Source: an uncultured Candidatus Rokubacteria bacterium (lineage in GTDB: Bacteria; Methylomirabilota; Methylomirabilia; Rokubacteriales; CSP1-6). Taken from it: a stretch of DNA of 64,000 bases. How positions within the stretch are numbered: position 1 is the first letter of the stretch; each line of letters starts with the position of its first letter. Positions 17,532 through 29,570 of this stretch are shown one piece after another. The stretch covers positions 252,976 through 316,975 of the forward strand of contig CAVTGC010000010.1 of the NCBI GenBank assembly GCA_963734175.1, in the 5' to 3' direction. The notes below the pieces were generated by a model. That model was not told the origin of the DNA. It saw only the letters and a list, made by a program, of their open reading frames with translations, and ran no database searches. The translations under genes and the position numbers were made by a program.

Positions 17532-19870
17532 ATGCCGGGAGCAACGATGCTCCGATACAACGTCGCAGCGAACGCCGGTACTCGACGTGCGGTTGCCATC
17601 AGCGGCATCGTGCAGGGCGTCGGATTCCGTCCCTTCGTGCACGGGCTGGCCTGCGCCCTCGGTTTGCGGGGCTTCGTGCGGAATGCCGCGGGTGGCATTG
17701 AAATCGAAGTCGAGGGCGAAGTCGCGGCAATCGAGCGGTTCCTCGCAGAGCTCAATACTCGTAAGCCGCCGCGGGCCCGGATTGATTCGGTGTCCACGTT
17801 GCCCCGCCTCGCGCGCGGCGATGATGATTTTAGGATCGAGGCGAGCGCCGTCGACGTGCAAGGAGCCGTCTCCGTGTCGCCGGACATCGCGACGTGCGAT
17901 GACTGCCTAAGGGAGCTGTTCGATCCCGCGGACAGGCGGTATCGATACCCGTTCATCAACTGTGCGCAGTGCGGACCCCGCCTGACGATCGTCAGGACTG
18001 CTCCGTACGATCGCCAGCGTACGACCATGAGCGGGTTCGACATGTGCGCGCAGTGCCGCGCCGAGTACGATGACTCGCGCGACCGACGCTTTCACGCCGA
18101 GGCTATCGCCTGTTCGTCGTGCGGGCCGCGTCTGCGGCTCCTCGATGGTGCAGGCCGCCTCATGCACTCCCAGGATCCGCTTGCGGAGGCGATTGCCGCG
18201 CTGCGAAGCGGTGGCATTATCGCGGTGAAGGGGCTCGGAGGCTTTCACCTCGTGTGTGATGCCTATGACGTCGCTGCAGTGTCGGAGCTGCGCCGGCGTA
18301 AGCTGCGCGACGAGAAGCCGCTCGCGCTCATGGCGCGCGACCTCGCCGCGGCGGGTGAACTCGGCGAGATCTCCGACTCGGAGCGGCGGGCGCTGACGCT
18401 ACCGGCGAGGCCGATCGTGCTCTTGCGAGCACGATCGGATGCTCCGGTAGCGACCGCGGTGGCGACGGGGCTCGCGGTTCTCGGGGTCATGCTGCCGTAT
18501 ACCCCCGTTCATCACCTGATCCTGAGCGACATGCCCCATGCGGTGGTGATGACGAGCGGCAACCGCTCCGGTGAACCGCTCGTCCGCGAGGATGCGGAAG
18601 CGTCGGCCCGCCTGGCCGGCATCGCCGACGTCGTGCTGACGAACGATCGGGGGATCGAGACCCGGTGCGACGATTCGGTCGTTCGGGTCATTGGCCCTGG
18701 AATTTCATGGGTGCGACGATCGCGTGGCGAGGCCCCGCGGGGACTGTCGCTCCGCACGCCATTGGCCCGTCCCACACTGGCGCTCGGTGGCCATCTCAAG
18801 GCCGCGATCGCGCTTGGCGACGGACGGCGCGTGGTGCCCAGTCACCATCTCGGGGACCTCGACGAGTACCAGACGTATCGCGCGTACACGGACGCCATCG
18901 CACACTACCAGCGGCTGTTTCGGATCGCGCCACAACGCATCGTCCACGATCTGCATCCGGATTACGCCTCGACGCGATACGCCATCGAGCTTGCCAAGGA
19001 AACGGGTATGGAGCTGCTGGCCGTCCAGCATCATCACGCTCACATGGCGAGCTGCATGGCCGAGCATGGCTTGGCGGGGCCGGTGATCGGCGTCTGCTTC
19101 GACGGCACCGGCTGGGGCGCCGACGGCGCGATCTGGGGCGGCGAGTTCCTGGTCGGTGACGACAGCAGACTTCCGGCGCGCCGCGCATTTCAGCTACGTC
19201 GGTATGCCCGGCGGCGAGGCCGCCGTTCGCGAGCCGTGGCGCATGGCGGTGGCGCATCTCATCGCACGCCGGGGCGGCCGTCGAAACGCCCATCGCTGCG
19301 CGTCGATGCCGGACGCCGACGCACCGTGCGAGCGAATGCTCGAGCGAGGCTTCAACGCGCCGCTGACGTCGAGCGCCGGGCGGCTGTTCGATGCCGTCGC
19401 CGCGCTGGCGGGAGTCTGTGAGCGCGCCGAGCTATCGAGGGGCAGGCGGCCATGATGCTGGAGTCGCTGGCCCGCGGCGTCAGGCCGGCCGGGGCGTATC
19501 CCTTCGAGCTCGCCACCGGGTCGGATGCGCTGGTGATCGATCAGCGGCCGCTCATCCGAGCGGTCGCGGCCGACGTGCGCAAGGGCATCGGCGCCAGCCG
19601 TCATTGCCCGCCGATTCCACTCGACGATGGCCGAGGTCATCGTCGCCGTGTGCGAGCGGATCCGCGCCAGCGAGGGCGTCGATCGGTGTCGTCCTGAGCG
19701 GCGGCGTGTTCGTGAACGCCATCCTCGCGCGGAGAAGCGAGCGACGCGTTGCGAAGATCGGGGTTTCATGCCTTACCAGCACGTCAGCGTGCCCGCCAAC
19801 GACGGCGGTCTCTGCCTCGGGCAGCTCGCCATCGCGGCGGCGCGCGACGCGTCGGAGACGCGGTCATCAC
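17532..19870 (+). pseudogene. hypF: [NiFe]-hydrogenase maturation carbamoyltransferase HypF, frameshifted near 19150, 19450 and 19620
   Basis: Acylphosphatase motif (IVQGVGFRPFV), two zinc-finger pairs (CDDC…CAQCGPR ; CAQC…CSSCGPR), a YrdC-like region (IIAVKGLGGFHLVCDA), and a Kae1-like carbamoyltransferase domain. C-terminal segments (…FSYVGMPGGEAAVREPWRMAVAHL… ; …NDGGLCLGQLAIAAA) lie in other frames. Confidence 0.85.
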
Positions 19871-19872
19871 TG

Positions 19873-20121
19873 ATGTGCCTCGGCATCCCTGGCCGCGCTG
19901 GTCGAGACCTTCGCGAGCACGACGTGCTGATGGGCAAGGTCGACTTCGGCGGCGTGACGAAGCGGGTGTGCCTCGAGCACGTGCCCGACGTCCAGCCTGG
20001 CGACTACGTCCTCGTCCACGTCGGCTTCGCCCTCACGCGACTCGACGAGGCGGAAGCCGGCCGCGTCTTCGAGTTCCTCGAAGCCGATGAACCAGCTCGA
20101 CGAGCTGAGCGAGACCTCACC

Positions 20122-20125
<4 letters not shown>
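19873..20125 (+). CDS. hypC: Hydrogenase maturation factor HypC, with a possible 1-nt indel near the 3' end
   Basis: MCLGIPGRAGRDLREHDVLMGKVDFGGVTKRVCLEHVPDVQPGDYVLVHVGFALTRLDEAEAGRVFEFLE… The neighbouring frame ends …NQLDELSETSP*, with its TGA overlapping the hypD GTG (GTGA). Confidence 0.75.
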
Positions 20126-21244
<1,119 letters not shown>

Positions 21245-21245
<1 letters not shown>

Positions 21246-21836
21246 TGAGCAGTCTCTCGGCCGCCGATCACCCGCGAAGTCGCGCGAGAGCGCGGCCACG
21301 AGCGAGACGTTCTTCACGCGGAGGCCGACCGCATCGTCGCCTGTGCGCGTGCCATGGCCGCCGCTTTCGACGCCGGCGGGCGGCTGTTCGTCATGGGCAA
21401 CGGCGGCAGCGCGTGCGACGCGCAGCACGTCGCCGTCGAGTTCATGCACCCGATCATCGAGAAGCGCCGGCCGCTGCCGGCGATGGCGCTGGCCACCGAC
21501 ACCGCGCTGCTCACCGCCGTCGGCAACGACAGGACTTCTCCCTGGCGTTCTCCGAGCAGCTGCGGATCCTCGCCCGGCGCGGAGACATGGCGCTCGGGAT
21601 CTCGACGAGCGGAAAGTCGCGCCAACGTCATCCGCGCGCTCGGCGGCCGCGCGAGACTCGGACTGCTGACCGTCGGCTTCGCCGGCCGCGACGGCGGCCG
21701 AATGCCGGAGCTCTGCGACCACTGCTTCATGGTCCCGAGCTTCAGCATCCACCGCATCCAGGAGACGCACGCGACGCTCCTCCACGTCCTCTGGGATCTC
21801 GTTCACGTGATCCGCGGCGAGGAGGACGTCATGTGA
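21245..21836 (+). pseudogene. SIS-domain (GmhA/phosphoheptose-isomerase-like) protein, frameshifted, inside the hyp cluster
   Basis: …DVLHAEADRIVACARAMAAAFDAGGRLFVMGNGGSACDAQHVAVEFMHPIIEKRRPLPAMALATDTALLTAVGND / YDFSLAFSEQLRILARRGDMALGISTSGKS / ANVIRAL… / …LGLLTVGFAGRDGGRMPELCDHCFMVPSFSIHRIQETHATLLHVLWDLVHVIRGEE. Confidence 0.55.
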
Positions 21837-22882
21837 GCGATCCGCTGGGCTCGTGTCCGCTGCCGTATCGACCAATACGACCGCATCGTGCTCGGCCACG
21901 GCAGCGGCGGGCGGCTGACGGCCGACCTCGTGAACGCGTCTTCCTGCCGGCCTTTCGGAACGAGATGCTGGCAGCGCTCGAGGATCAGGCGACAGTCCGC
22001 GGTCAACGGCGGCACACGGCTGGCGATCACCACCGACGCGTTCGTGGTGCGGCCGCTTTTCTTTCCCGGCGGCGACATCGGACGCCTGGCCGTCCACGGC
22101 ACGGTGAACGACCTCGCCGTCGGCGGCGCCGAGCCCGCTGTACCTGTCGGCCGCGTTCATCCTCGAGGAAGGGCTCGCGCTTGGCGAACTGCAGCGGGTC
22201 GTCGCCTCGATGCGCGCCGCGTGCGCCGAGGCCGGCGTGACGCTGGTGACCGGCGACACCAAGGTGGTCGACCGCGGCAAGGGCGACAAGGTCTTCATCA
22301 CCACCACCGGCATCGGATTCGTCCCGGGCGAGCGGTCGCTCTCGATTGCCGCTGCGCGCCCGGGCGACCGCGTGATCGTGTCCGGCACGATCGGCGATCA
22401 CGGCATCGCGATCATGTCGGTGCGCGAGGGGCTCGAGTTCGAGACGTGCTGGAGAGCGACAGTGCGCCGCTGACCGATCTCGTTCGCGCGTTGCTCGAAG
22501 CGTCGGCCGGAGTCCGCTGCATGCGCGATCCGACGCGGGGCGGGCTGGCGAGCGCGCTCAACGAGCTCGCGGCCGCCTCGCGGGTCGGCGTGACGCTCGA
22601 CGAGGCGGCGATCCCGCTCCGACCCGAGGTGCGGGCGCCTGCGAGATGCTCGGGCTCGATCCGCTCTACGTCGCGAACGAGGGAAAGCTGGTCGCCGTCG
22701 TGCCGGCCGCCGAGGCCGACCGGGTGCTCGCCGCGATGCGGGCGCATCCGCTCGGCCGCGATGCCGCGATCATCGGCGAGATCGTCGCCGAGCACCCGGG
22801 CATGGTCACCCTGCGTACGCGCATCGGCGGGGAGCGCGTCGTGACGCTGCTGGCCGGCGAACAGCTGCCGAGGATCTGTTGA
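21833..22882 (+). pseudogene. hypE: Hydrogenase maturation factor HypE with multiple frameshifts
   Basis: VSDPLGSCPLPY… / IDQYDRIVLGHGSGGRLTADLVNA / …VFLPAFRNEMLAALEDQA… / …[40 protein letters not shown] / …[37 protein letters not shown]…[27 protein letters not shown] / …[11 protein letters not shown]…MRDPTRGGLASALNELAAAS… / …LGLDPLYVANEGKLVAVVP…GEQLPRIC*. Confidence 0.8.
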
Positions 22883-23933
22883 TGAACGACCCGATCGAGC
22901 AGCATCGACGTCCTCTGGATCACCGCCGGCCTCGAGCTGCGACGGCGACACGATCGCCATCACCGCCGCGACGCAGCCGAGCATCGAGGACCTCGTCCTC
23001 GGGGCGATCCCGGGCATGCCCAAGGTGCGGCTCTCACAATCCCGTGCTCGCCTACGAGAACGGCGACGAGTTCATGCAGCCACTTTCACGACGCCGCCGC
23101 CGGCGCGGCTCGACCCGTTCATCCTCGTGGTCGAGGGCTCGATCCCGAACGAGAAGAACAAGCCGGAGGGCTACTGGGCCGGCTTCGGCGTCGATCGATG
23201 CGACCGGCCAGCCGATCACGACCTGCGAGTGGATCGACCGGCTGGCGCCGCAGGCCTGGGCGGTCGTGGCCGCGGGCACCTGCGCGACCTACGGCGGCAT
23301 TCACGCCATGGCGGGCAATCCGACCGGCGCGATGGGCCTGGCCGACTATCTCGGCTGGCAGTGGCAGTCGAAGGCCGGCATCCCGATCGTCTGCGTGCCG
23401 GGCTGCCCGGTGCAGCCCGACAACTTCATGGAGACGCTGCTCTACCTGCTACGGCAGGCGGCGGGCACGGCGCCGATGATCCCGCTCGACGACGCGCTGC
23501 GGCCGACGTGGCTGTTCGCGCAGACGGTGCACGAGGGCTGCGATCGCGGCGGCTACTACGAGCAGGCCGACTTCGCGGCCGAGTACGGCTCGCAGCAAGT
23601 GCATCGTGAAGCTCGGCTGCTGGGGGCCGGTGGTGCAGTGCAACGTCGCCAAGCGCGGCTGGATGAACGGCATCGGCGGCTGCCCCAACGTCGGCGGCGT
23701 CTGCATCGGCTGCACGATGCCCGGCTTCCCCGACAAGTTCATGCCGTTCATGGACGAGCCGCCCGGGCGCGAAGATGTCGACCTCGGCCGTCCTCATGTA
23801 CGGCCGCACGGTGCGCGCGCTGCGCAACTTCACCAAGACGTCGCTCGACCAGCGAGCCGGCCTGGCGGCAGCCGCGGCGCCGCAGCCGAGGAAGCTGATC
23901 CATGGCCGAGCGGACAAGAACCTCGTCGAGATG
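22882..23933 (+). pseudogene. [NiFe]-hydrogenase small subunit with frameshifts. The 3' boundary is ambiguous.
   Basis: …INVLWITAGLE… / …HNPVLAYENGDEFMQP… / …RLDPFILVVEGSIPNEKNKPEGYWAGFGVD… / …PITTCEWIDRLAPQAWAVVAAGTCATYGGIHAMAGNPTGAMGLADYLGWQWQSKAGIPIVCVPGCPVQPDNFMETLLYLL… / …KLGCWGPVVQCNVAKRGWMNGIGGCPNVGGVCIGCTMPGFPDKFMPFMDEPPG…. Confidence 0.75.
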
Positions 23934-25674
23934 TCGTGGGATCCGATCACGCGGATCGTCGGCAGCCTCGGCATCCACACGAAGATCGACTTCGCCAACC
24001 GGCAGGTCGCCGAGTGCCACAGCACGTCGTCGATCTTCCGCGGCTACAGCGTCTTCATGAAGGGCAAGGACCCGCGCGACGCGCACTTCATCACCAGCCG
24101 CATCTGCGGCATCTGCGGCGACAACCACGCGACCTGCGCCGTCTACGCGCAGAACATGGCCTTCGGCGTGCAAGCCGCCGCCGCTGGCCGAGTGGATCAT
24201 CAACCTCGGCGAGGCGGCCGAGTACATGTTCGACCACAACCTCTTCCAGGACAACCTGGTCGGCGTCGACTTCTGCGAGCAGATGGTCCGCGAGACGAAT
24301 CCCGGCGTCTTCGCCCGAGCCGAGCGGACGCCGGCGCCGCACGCCGACGTGCACGGCTACCGCACGATCGCCGACATCATGCGGTCGCTCAATCCGTTCA
24401 CCGGCGCGTTCTACCGCGAAGCGCTGCAGATGAGCCGGCTCACGCGCGAGATGTTCTGCCTGATGGAAGGCCGGCACGTGCATCCCTCGACGCTCTATCC
24501 CGGCGGCGTCGGCACCGTGCCGAGCGTGCAGCTCTTCACCGACTACCTCGTGCGGCTGATGAAGTACGTCGAGTTCATGAAGAAGGTGGTGCCGCTCCAC
24601 GACGACCTCTTCGACTTCTTCTACGAGGCGCTGCCCGGCTACGAGGAGGTCGGCCGGCGGCGCGTCCTGCTCGGCTGCTGGGGCTCGTTCCAGAATCCCG
24701 AGACTTGCGACTTCACGTACGAGCGATGGCCGCGTGGGGCCGCGACATGTACGTCACGCCGGGCATCGTCGTCGACGGCAAGCTCGATCACGACCGACCT
24801 CGTCGAGATCAACCTCGGCATCCGCATCCTGCTCGGCAGCTCGTTCTACGACGACTGGCAGGACGGGGAGACGTTCGTGAAGGCCGATCCGCTCGGCAAT
24901 CCCGATCGACCAGCGCCACCCGTGGAACCAGACGACGACGCCGCGGCCGCAGAAGCGCGACTTCGAAGGCAAGTACACCTGGGTCATGTCGCCGCGCTGG
25001 TTCGACCAGCGAACCGGCGAGCATCTGGCGCTCGACACCGGCGGCGGGCCGCTGGCGCGGCTCTGGGCGACCGCGCTCGCCGGGCGCGTCGATATCGGCT
25101 ACGTGAAGGCCACCGGGACGAGCGTGAAGATTCGATCTGCCGAAGACCGCGCTCATGCCCGAGGCGGAGCTCGAGTGGAAGATCCCGCGCTGGAGCAACA
25201 CACTCGAGCGCAACCGCGCGCGCACCTATTTCCAGGCGTACGCGGCCGCGGCCGCGCTCTGCTTCGTCGAGCGGGCGCTGGCGGAGGTCCACGCGGGACG
25301 CATGGCGACCGTGTCGCCGTTCACGGTGCCCGAGGAGGCGATCGGCTGCGGCTTCCACGAGGCCGTGCGCGGCGTGCTGTCGCACCACGTCGTGATTCGC
25401 GAACGGCAAGATCGCCAACTACCACCCGTATCCGCCGACGCCCTGGAACGCGAGCCCGCGCGACTCCTTCGGCACGCCCGGCCCGTACGAGGACGCCGTC
25501 CAGAACACGCCGATCTTCGAGGAGAACGGACCCGAGACCTTCAAGGGCATCGACATCATGCGCACGGTGCGGAGCTTCGATCCGTGCCTGCCCTGCGGCG
25601 TGCACATGTACCTCGGCAACGGCAAGGAGATCTCCGTGCGCCACTCGCCGACGTTCGGCGTCCAGCCGTCATGA
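23931..25674 (+). pseudogene. [NiFe]-hydrogenase large subunit with frameshifts. Signatures fit the group 1h/5 'high-affinity' type. The start could be as early as 23775.
   Basis: …EMSWDPITRIVGSLGIHTKIDF…HFITSRICGICGDNHATCAVYAQNMAFGV… (L1) and …FKGIDIMRTVRSFDPCLPCGVHMYLGNGKEI… (L2). Internal segments (…LYPGGVGTVPSVQLFTDYLVRLMKYVEFMKKVVPLHDDLFDFFYEALPGYEEVG… ; …MYVTPGIVVDGKL… ; …KYTWVMSPRWFDQRTGEHLALDTGGGPLARLW… ; …YHPYPPTPWNASPRDSFGTPGPYEDAVQNTPIFEENGPE…) are spread across all three frames. Confidence 0.8.
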
Positions 25675-26222
25675 CCGACGGGGCGGGCGACCTCGACCGG
25701 CAGTTGCACCATCTCGAAACCATGCTGCACGAGCTTGAACGCGGCCCCGAATCGCGGATACGCACGCAAGCACGGGACGTCGTACGCGCCGTCCTCGATC
25801 TTCATGCGAGCGGGCTCGATCGGATGATGCGTTGTATCGGCAGCTTCGCGAGCGGGCCGGCAATCGTGAACGCGTTGACGGGCGACCCTTTGATCGCCGG
25901 TTTGCTGCTGCTCCACGATATCCATCCGGAGAAGCTTGAAACCCGTGTGCGCGCCGCCGTCGACGCGCTGACCCCCGCGCTGGTCCCTGAGGGGGCGCGC
26001 GTCGCGCAGGTCAGTGTTAATGAAGGCATCGTCCGTGTGCGGCTGGAGCGTGAGCTGGGACGGGGCGGCCCTTCCGCAGCGGCCCTCCGGTCGCGCATCG
26101 AGCAGGCGCTCGTGGCCGCCGCTCCGGATGCCGTCGGCCTTGAGATCGACGTACCGGACACGACGGCGTTCGTGCCGGTTACAGACGTGCGTCTGCGGAG
26201 GCCGAGCGAGGCGCAGTCATGA
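25671..26222 (+). CDS. NifU-like (Fe-S scaffold C-terminal-domain-like) protein, hydrogenase-associated
   Basis: …LLLLHDIHPEKLETRVRAAVDALTPALVPEGARVAQVSVNEGIVRVRLERELGRGGPSAAALRSRIEQALVAAAPDAVGLEIDV resembles the NifU C-domain, with the usual G-S-C-G-S-C replaced. Its ATG overlaps the large-subunit stop (ATGA). Confidence 0.55.
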   Translation: MTDGAGDLDRQLHHLETMLHELERGPESRIRTQARDVVRAVLDLHASGLDRMMRCIGSFASGPAIVNALTGDPLIAGLLLLHDIHPEKLETRVRAAVDALTPALVPEGARVAQVSVNEGIVRVRLERELGRGGPSAAALRSRIEQALVAAAPDAVGLEIDVPDTTAFVPVTDVRLRRPSEAQS

Positions 26223-26815
26223 ACGCCCTGACCGCCTTGCGAAACTTCGCGCGGCTCCGGCCGGTGGCCGAGTGGTGCGATATATGCGCGGCGCCCCTCG
26301 CGCCGACGCACGAGCACTTTATTGAACGAAAGACCGGAAACCTCCGATGCGCCTGCACGAGCTGCGAGCGCGTGCTGGTTGCGCCCGGGGCTTCCTGGGC
26401 GCCGGTGCGCCGGCGGCTCGAGCGACTCGCAGATTTTCGGCTGACCGATGAAGAGTGGAGGGTCTTCGGCTTGCCGATCGATCTGGCGTTCTTCTTCACA
26501 CGCGCCGCCACGCGGCGTGTGGTGGCTCGGTATCCGAGCCCCGCCGGGATGGTCGAGGGCGCTATTCCGCTGCCGACATGGGAAAGCGTCGTCGCCGCGA
26601 ACATCGTGCTCAGCGGACTCGAGGCCGAGGTGGAGGCGTTCGTGGTGAATCGCGTCGCCGGGCGCAGGGACTATTTCGTCGCGTCCGTTGACGAATGCTA
26701 CCGGTTGATCGGACTGATCCGTCTGCACTGGAGTGGATTCGCAGGAGGCCCGGCGGTTTGGACGGCGATCGACACCTTCTTCGCCGGCGCCGCAACGCAT
26801 GGAGCGCGAGCGTGA
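26219..26815 (+). CDS. Conserved hydrogenase-cluster hypothetical protein with a Cys motif (CDICAAP…H.H…LRCACTSC)
   Basis: Coupled by ATGA to the NifU-like gene. The following gene starts at a GTG that overlaps this gene's stop (GTGA). Confidence 0.5.
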   Translation: MNALTALRNFARLRPVAEWCDICAAPLAPTHEHFIERKTGNLRCACTSCERVLVAPGASWAPVRRRLERLADFRLTDEEWRVFGLPIDLAFFFTRAATRRVVARYPSPAGMVEGAIPLPTWESVVAANIVLSGLEAEVEAFVVNRVAGRRDYFVASVDECYRLIGLIRLHWSGFAGGPAVWTAIDTFFAGAATHGARA

Positions 26816-27949
26816 ACCTCGATCAGGTCGCCACCCTGGCGCAGACGCTGCTCTACGAAGGCTACCTGCTATACCCCTATCGGGCGTCCTCGGTGAAGAA
26901 CCGGCACCGGTGGCTCTTCGGCACGTTGTATCCGAGACAGTTCGTCGAGACACAGGACGAGAGCGACCGCTGGTGGATGCAGACCGAGTGTGTCGTGCAA
27001 GGGACGGATGCGAGCGACGTCACGGCGCGAGTCCGGTTTCTGCATATCACGGAGACGGGTACGGCCGAGTACGAGGTCGACAGCCCTCCGTACCGGTTGG
27101 AAGATCTGATCGCGACGCCGCAGACGACCAGGTTCGGATTCGAAGCGGCGAATTGGCCGAGAACCGTTGAAGGGGGATCTCGCTCTGTGCGCCCGGCGTG
27201 TCGAGGCTGGTGTCTATACGGTCAGAGCGGTCGTCCAGAATCTGACGTCATATGACGCTTCGCTCACGGATCAGCGTGAGCACCGCCGCGACCGTGCGCT
27301 GGCAAGCGCGTTCGCGGCGCCGCATACGTTGCTGAGCGTCGCGAACGGCCAGTTCGTCTCACTTGTCGATCCTCCCGCGCCGCTGATGGCGGCCGCCCGG
27401 CCATGCGAGAACATCGGCACGTGGCCCATCCTCGTCGGCGACCCGACGACGCGCAATGCGATGCTCTCCGCACCGATCGTTCTCGACGATTATCCGCGAC
27501 TCGCCCCCGAGAGCCCGGGCGACTTCTTTGACGCCACCGAGATCGACGAGCTCCTGACACTGCGCGTTCTGACCCTGACCGACGAGGAAAGGCAAACGAT
27601 GCGCGCGGGAGACGCGAAGGCGCGCGCGCTTCTTGAACGCACCGAGGCGCAAGACGAGGCGCATCGACGCCAACTGCACGGCGCGTCGCGACCGCCGGTG
27701 CTGAGCGGCGGGAAGGCGACCCTCGATTCGGGAACGCGTGTTCGGCTCCGTCCTCGGCGAGGCGGCGACATCCTCGACCTCGCGCTGACCGGCAAGACGG
27801 CCACGGTTGTGAAGCTTGAGCAGGACTACGAGGGTCGCACCTTCGTCGCGGTGACCGTGGACGACGATCCCGGCCGGGATCTCGGCGTCGAAGGCCGGCC
27901 CGGCCACCGGTTCTATTTCCGACCTGACGAGATCGAGATCGTGGAATGA
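26812..27949 (+). pseudogene. Conserved hydrogenase-cluster hypothetical protein of about 380 aa, with one frameshift near 27170-27250
   Basis: ORFs 26695..27255 and 27167..27949 join at an 'aaggggga' run (…RFGFEAANWPRTVEG / DLALCARRVEAGVYTVRAVVQNLTS…). Its stop overlaps the protease ATG. Confidence 0.45.
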
Positions 27950-28445
27950 CGCCCCGGCGCGTGCTCGTGGCTGGAATCGGCAACATCTTCTTCGGAGATG
28001 ATGGATTCGGCGTGGAAGTCGTGCGCCGGCTTGCGCGAGCGAGGGCTTCCCGACGGCGTCGCTATTGTGGACTTCGGCATTCGCGGCCTCGACCTGACGT
28101 ACGCGCTGGTCGACGGCTACGACGCCGCCATCCTCGTCGACGCGCTGCCGCGCGGGTGGCCCACCAGGAACCCTGTATGTCCTCGAGCCGGACATCGCGA
28201 CGTCGGATACGCCATCCATCGAGACGCACGGCATGGAGCCGATGAAGGTCCTCAGGCTCGCCAGCGCCCTGTGCGGACGGTTGCCCGTGCTTCGGATCGT
28301 CGGTTGCGAGCCTGCCACGCCGGAAGAGGTCGGCGAGATGGCGATGGGACTGAGCGCGACCGTCGCCGCGGCGGTCGCGGAGGCGGTTCGCGTGGTCGAA
28401 ACACTGGTGAGCCAGCTCCAGGAGGGTGTCGACGCCAGTGCATGA
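27946..28445 (+). pseudogene. Hydrogenase maturation endopeptidase (HupD/HyaD/HoxM type), frameshifted
   Basis: MTPRRVLVAGIGNIFFGDDGFGVEVVRRLA / …GLPDGVAIVDFGIRGLDLTYALVDGYDAAILVDALPRG / …LYVLEPDIATSDTPSIETHGMEPMKVLRLASALCGRLPVLRIVGCEPAT…. Confidence 0.75.
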
Positions 28446-28779
28446 GCTCGCCATTGCCGAGGAGGTCGTCGCGCTCGTGGCTGCGCGGACGGAGGGCGCG
28501 CGCGTCACGCGCGTGGTGCTCGAGATAGGCCGTCTGTGCGCCGTGCTACCCGACGCCATGCGCTTTTGCTTCGATCTCGCGACGGAGGGAACAGCGGCCG
28601 ACGGCGCGCGAGCTCGAGATTCTCGAGATTCCCGGCCGGGGCCGCTGCCGGGGCTGCGGCTCCGAGGTCGCACTCGATCGGCCCTTCGGTCGATGTCACT
28701 GCGGCGGCAGTGACCTGGAGTGGCTGACGGGCGAAGAGCTTGCATCAAGGAGATCACCTGGCTGATGGAGGACGTCTGA
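28438..28779 (+). pseudogene. hypA: Hydrogenase nickel-insertion protein HypA, with one frameshift near 28610
   Basis: VHELAIAEEVVALVAARTEGARVTRVVLEIGRLCAVLPDAMRFCFDLATEGTAA… / …LEILEIPGRGRCRGCGSEVALDRPFGRCHCGGSDLEWLTGEEL…. GGAGGG lies 11 nt upstream of the GTG. Confidence 0.8.
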
Positions 28780-28780
28780 C

Positions 28781-29569
28781 ATGTGTCGTACGTGCGGCTG
28801 CTCGCCCGTCGGCGGACGCCGGGTCTGCGGACCATCCGCATGGACATGCGTACGATCATCACCATGACCATGATCACGGATCGCCCGTCGAATCCCGCGC
28901 GCGTGCTGACCCTCGAGCAGCGCGTGCTCGCGCGGAACGACTGGATGGCTGCCGCCAACCGTCGATGGCTTCGCGACCGGGGCATCGTGGCGATCAACTT
29001 GATGGCAGGCCCCGGCGCCGGCAAGACGACGCTGCTCGAGCGAACGCTCCGCGATCACGGGGCAGCCATCGATTTGCTCGTCATCGAAGGTGATCAGGCG
29101 ACGGAGCACGACGCGCGAGCGGATCCGGACCGCGGGCGGCGCAGGCGATCCAGATCAACACCGGCGCGGGCTGTCACCTCGATGCGGCGATGGTCGCCGA
29201 GGCGCTCGATGAGCTGAAGCCGGCGCCGGGAGCTCTCGTCGTGATCGAGAACGTGGGCAACCTCGTCTGTCCGGCCCTCTTCGATCTCGGCGAGCACGTC
29301 CAAGGTGGTCGTCACCGTCGGTGACCGACGGCGACGACAAGCCGCTCAAGTATCCCCACATGTTCCGGGCGAGCGACGTCGTCCTGCTCAACAAGATCGA
29401 TTTGCTGCCGTATGTGCAGTTCGATGTCCGGAGCTGCGTTGCGCGCGCACGTGAGCTGAGTCCGCACGTCGAGAGTTTCGAGGTGTCGGCGACGCGCGGC
29501 GACGGGATGGTCGCGTGGTACACGTGGCTCGCACAGCTACGCCCCGACTCGGTGCCGGGATGGCCGTGA
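28781..29569 (+). pseudogene. hypB: Hydrogenase nickel-insertion GTPase HypB, with multiple frameshifts
   Basis: MCRTCGCS… ; His-rich stretch HPHGHAYDHHHDHDHG ; …VLTLEQRVLARNDWMAAANRRWLRDRGIVAINLMAGPGAGKTTLLERTL… ; …[21 protein letters not shown]… ; …VVLLNKIDLLPYVQFD…. Confidence 0.8.
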
Positions 29570-29570
29570 C

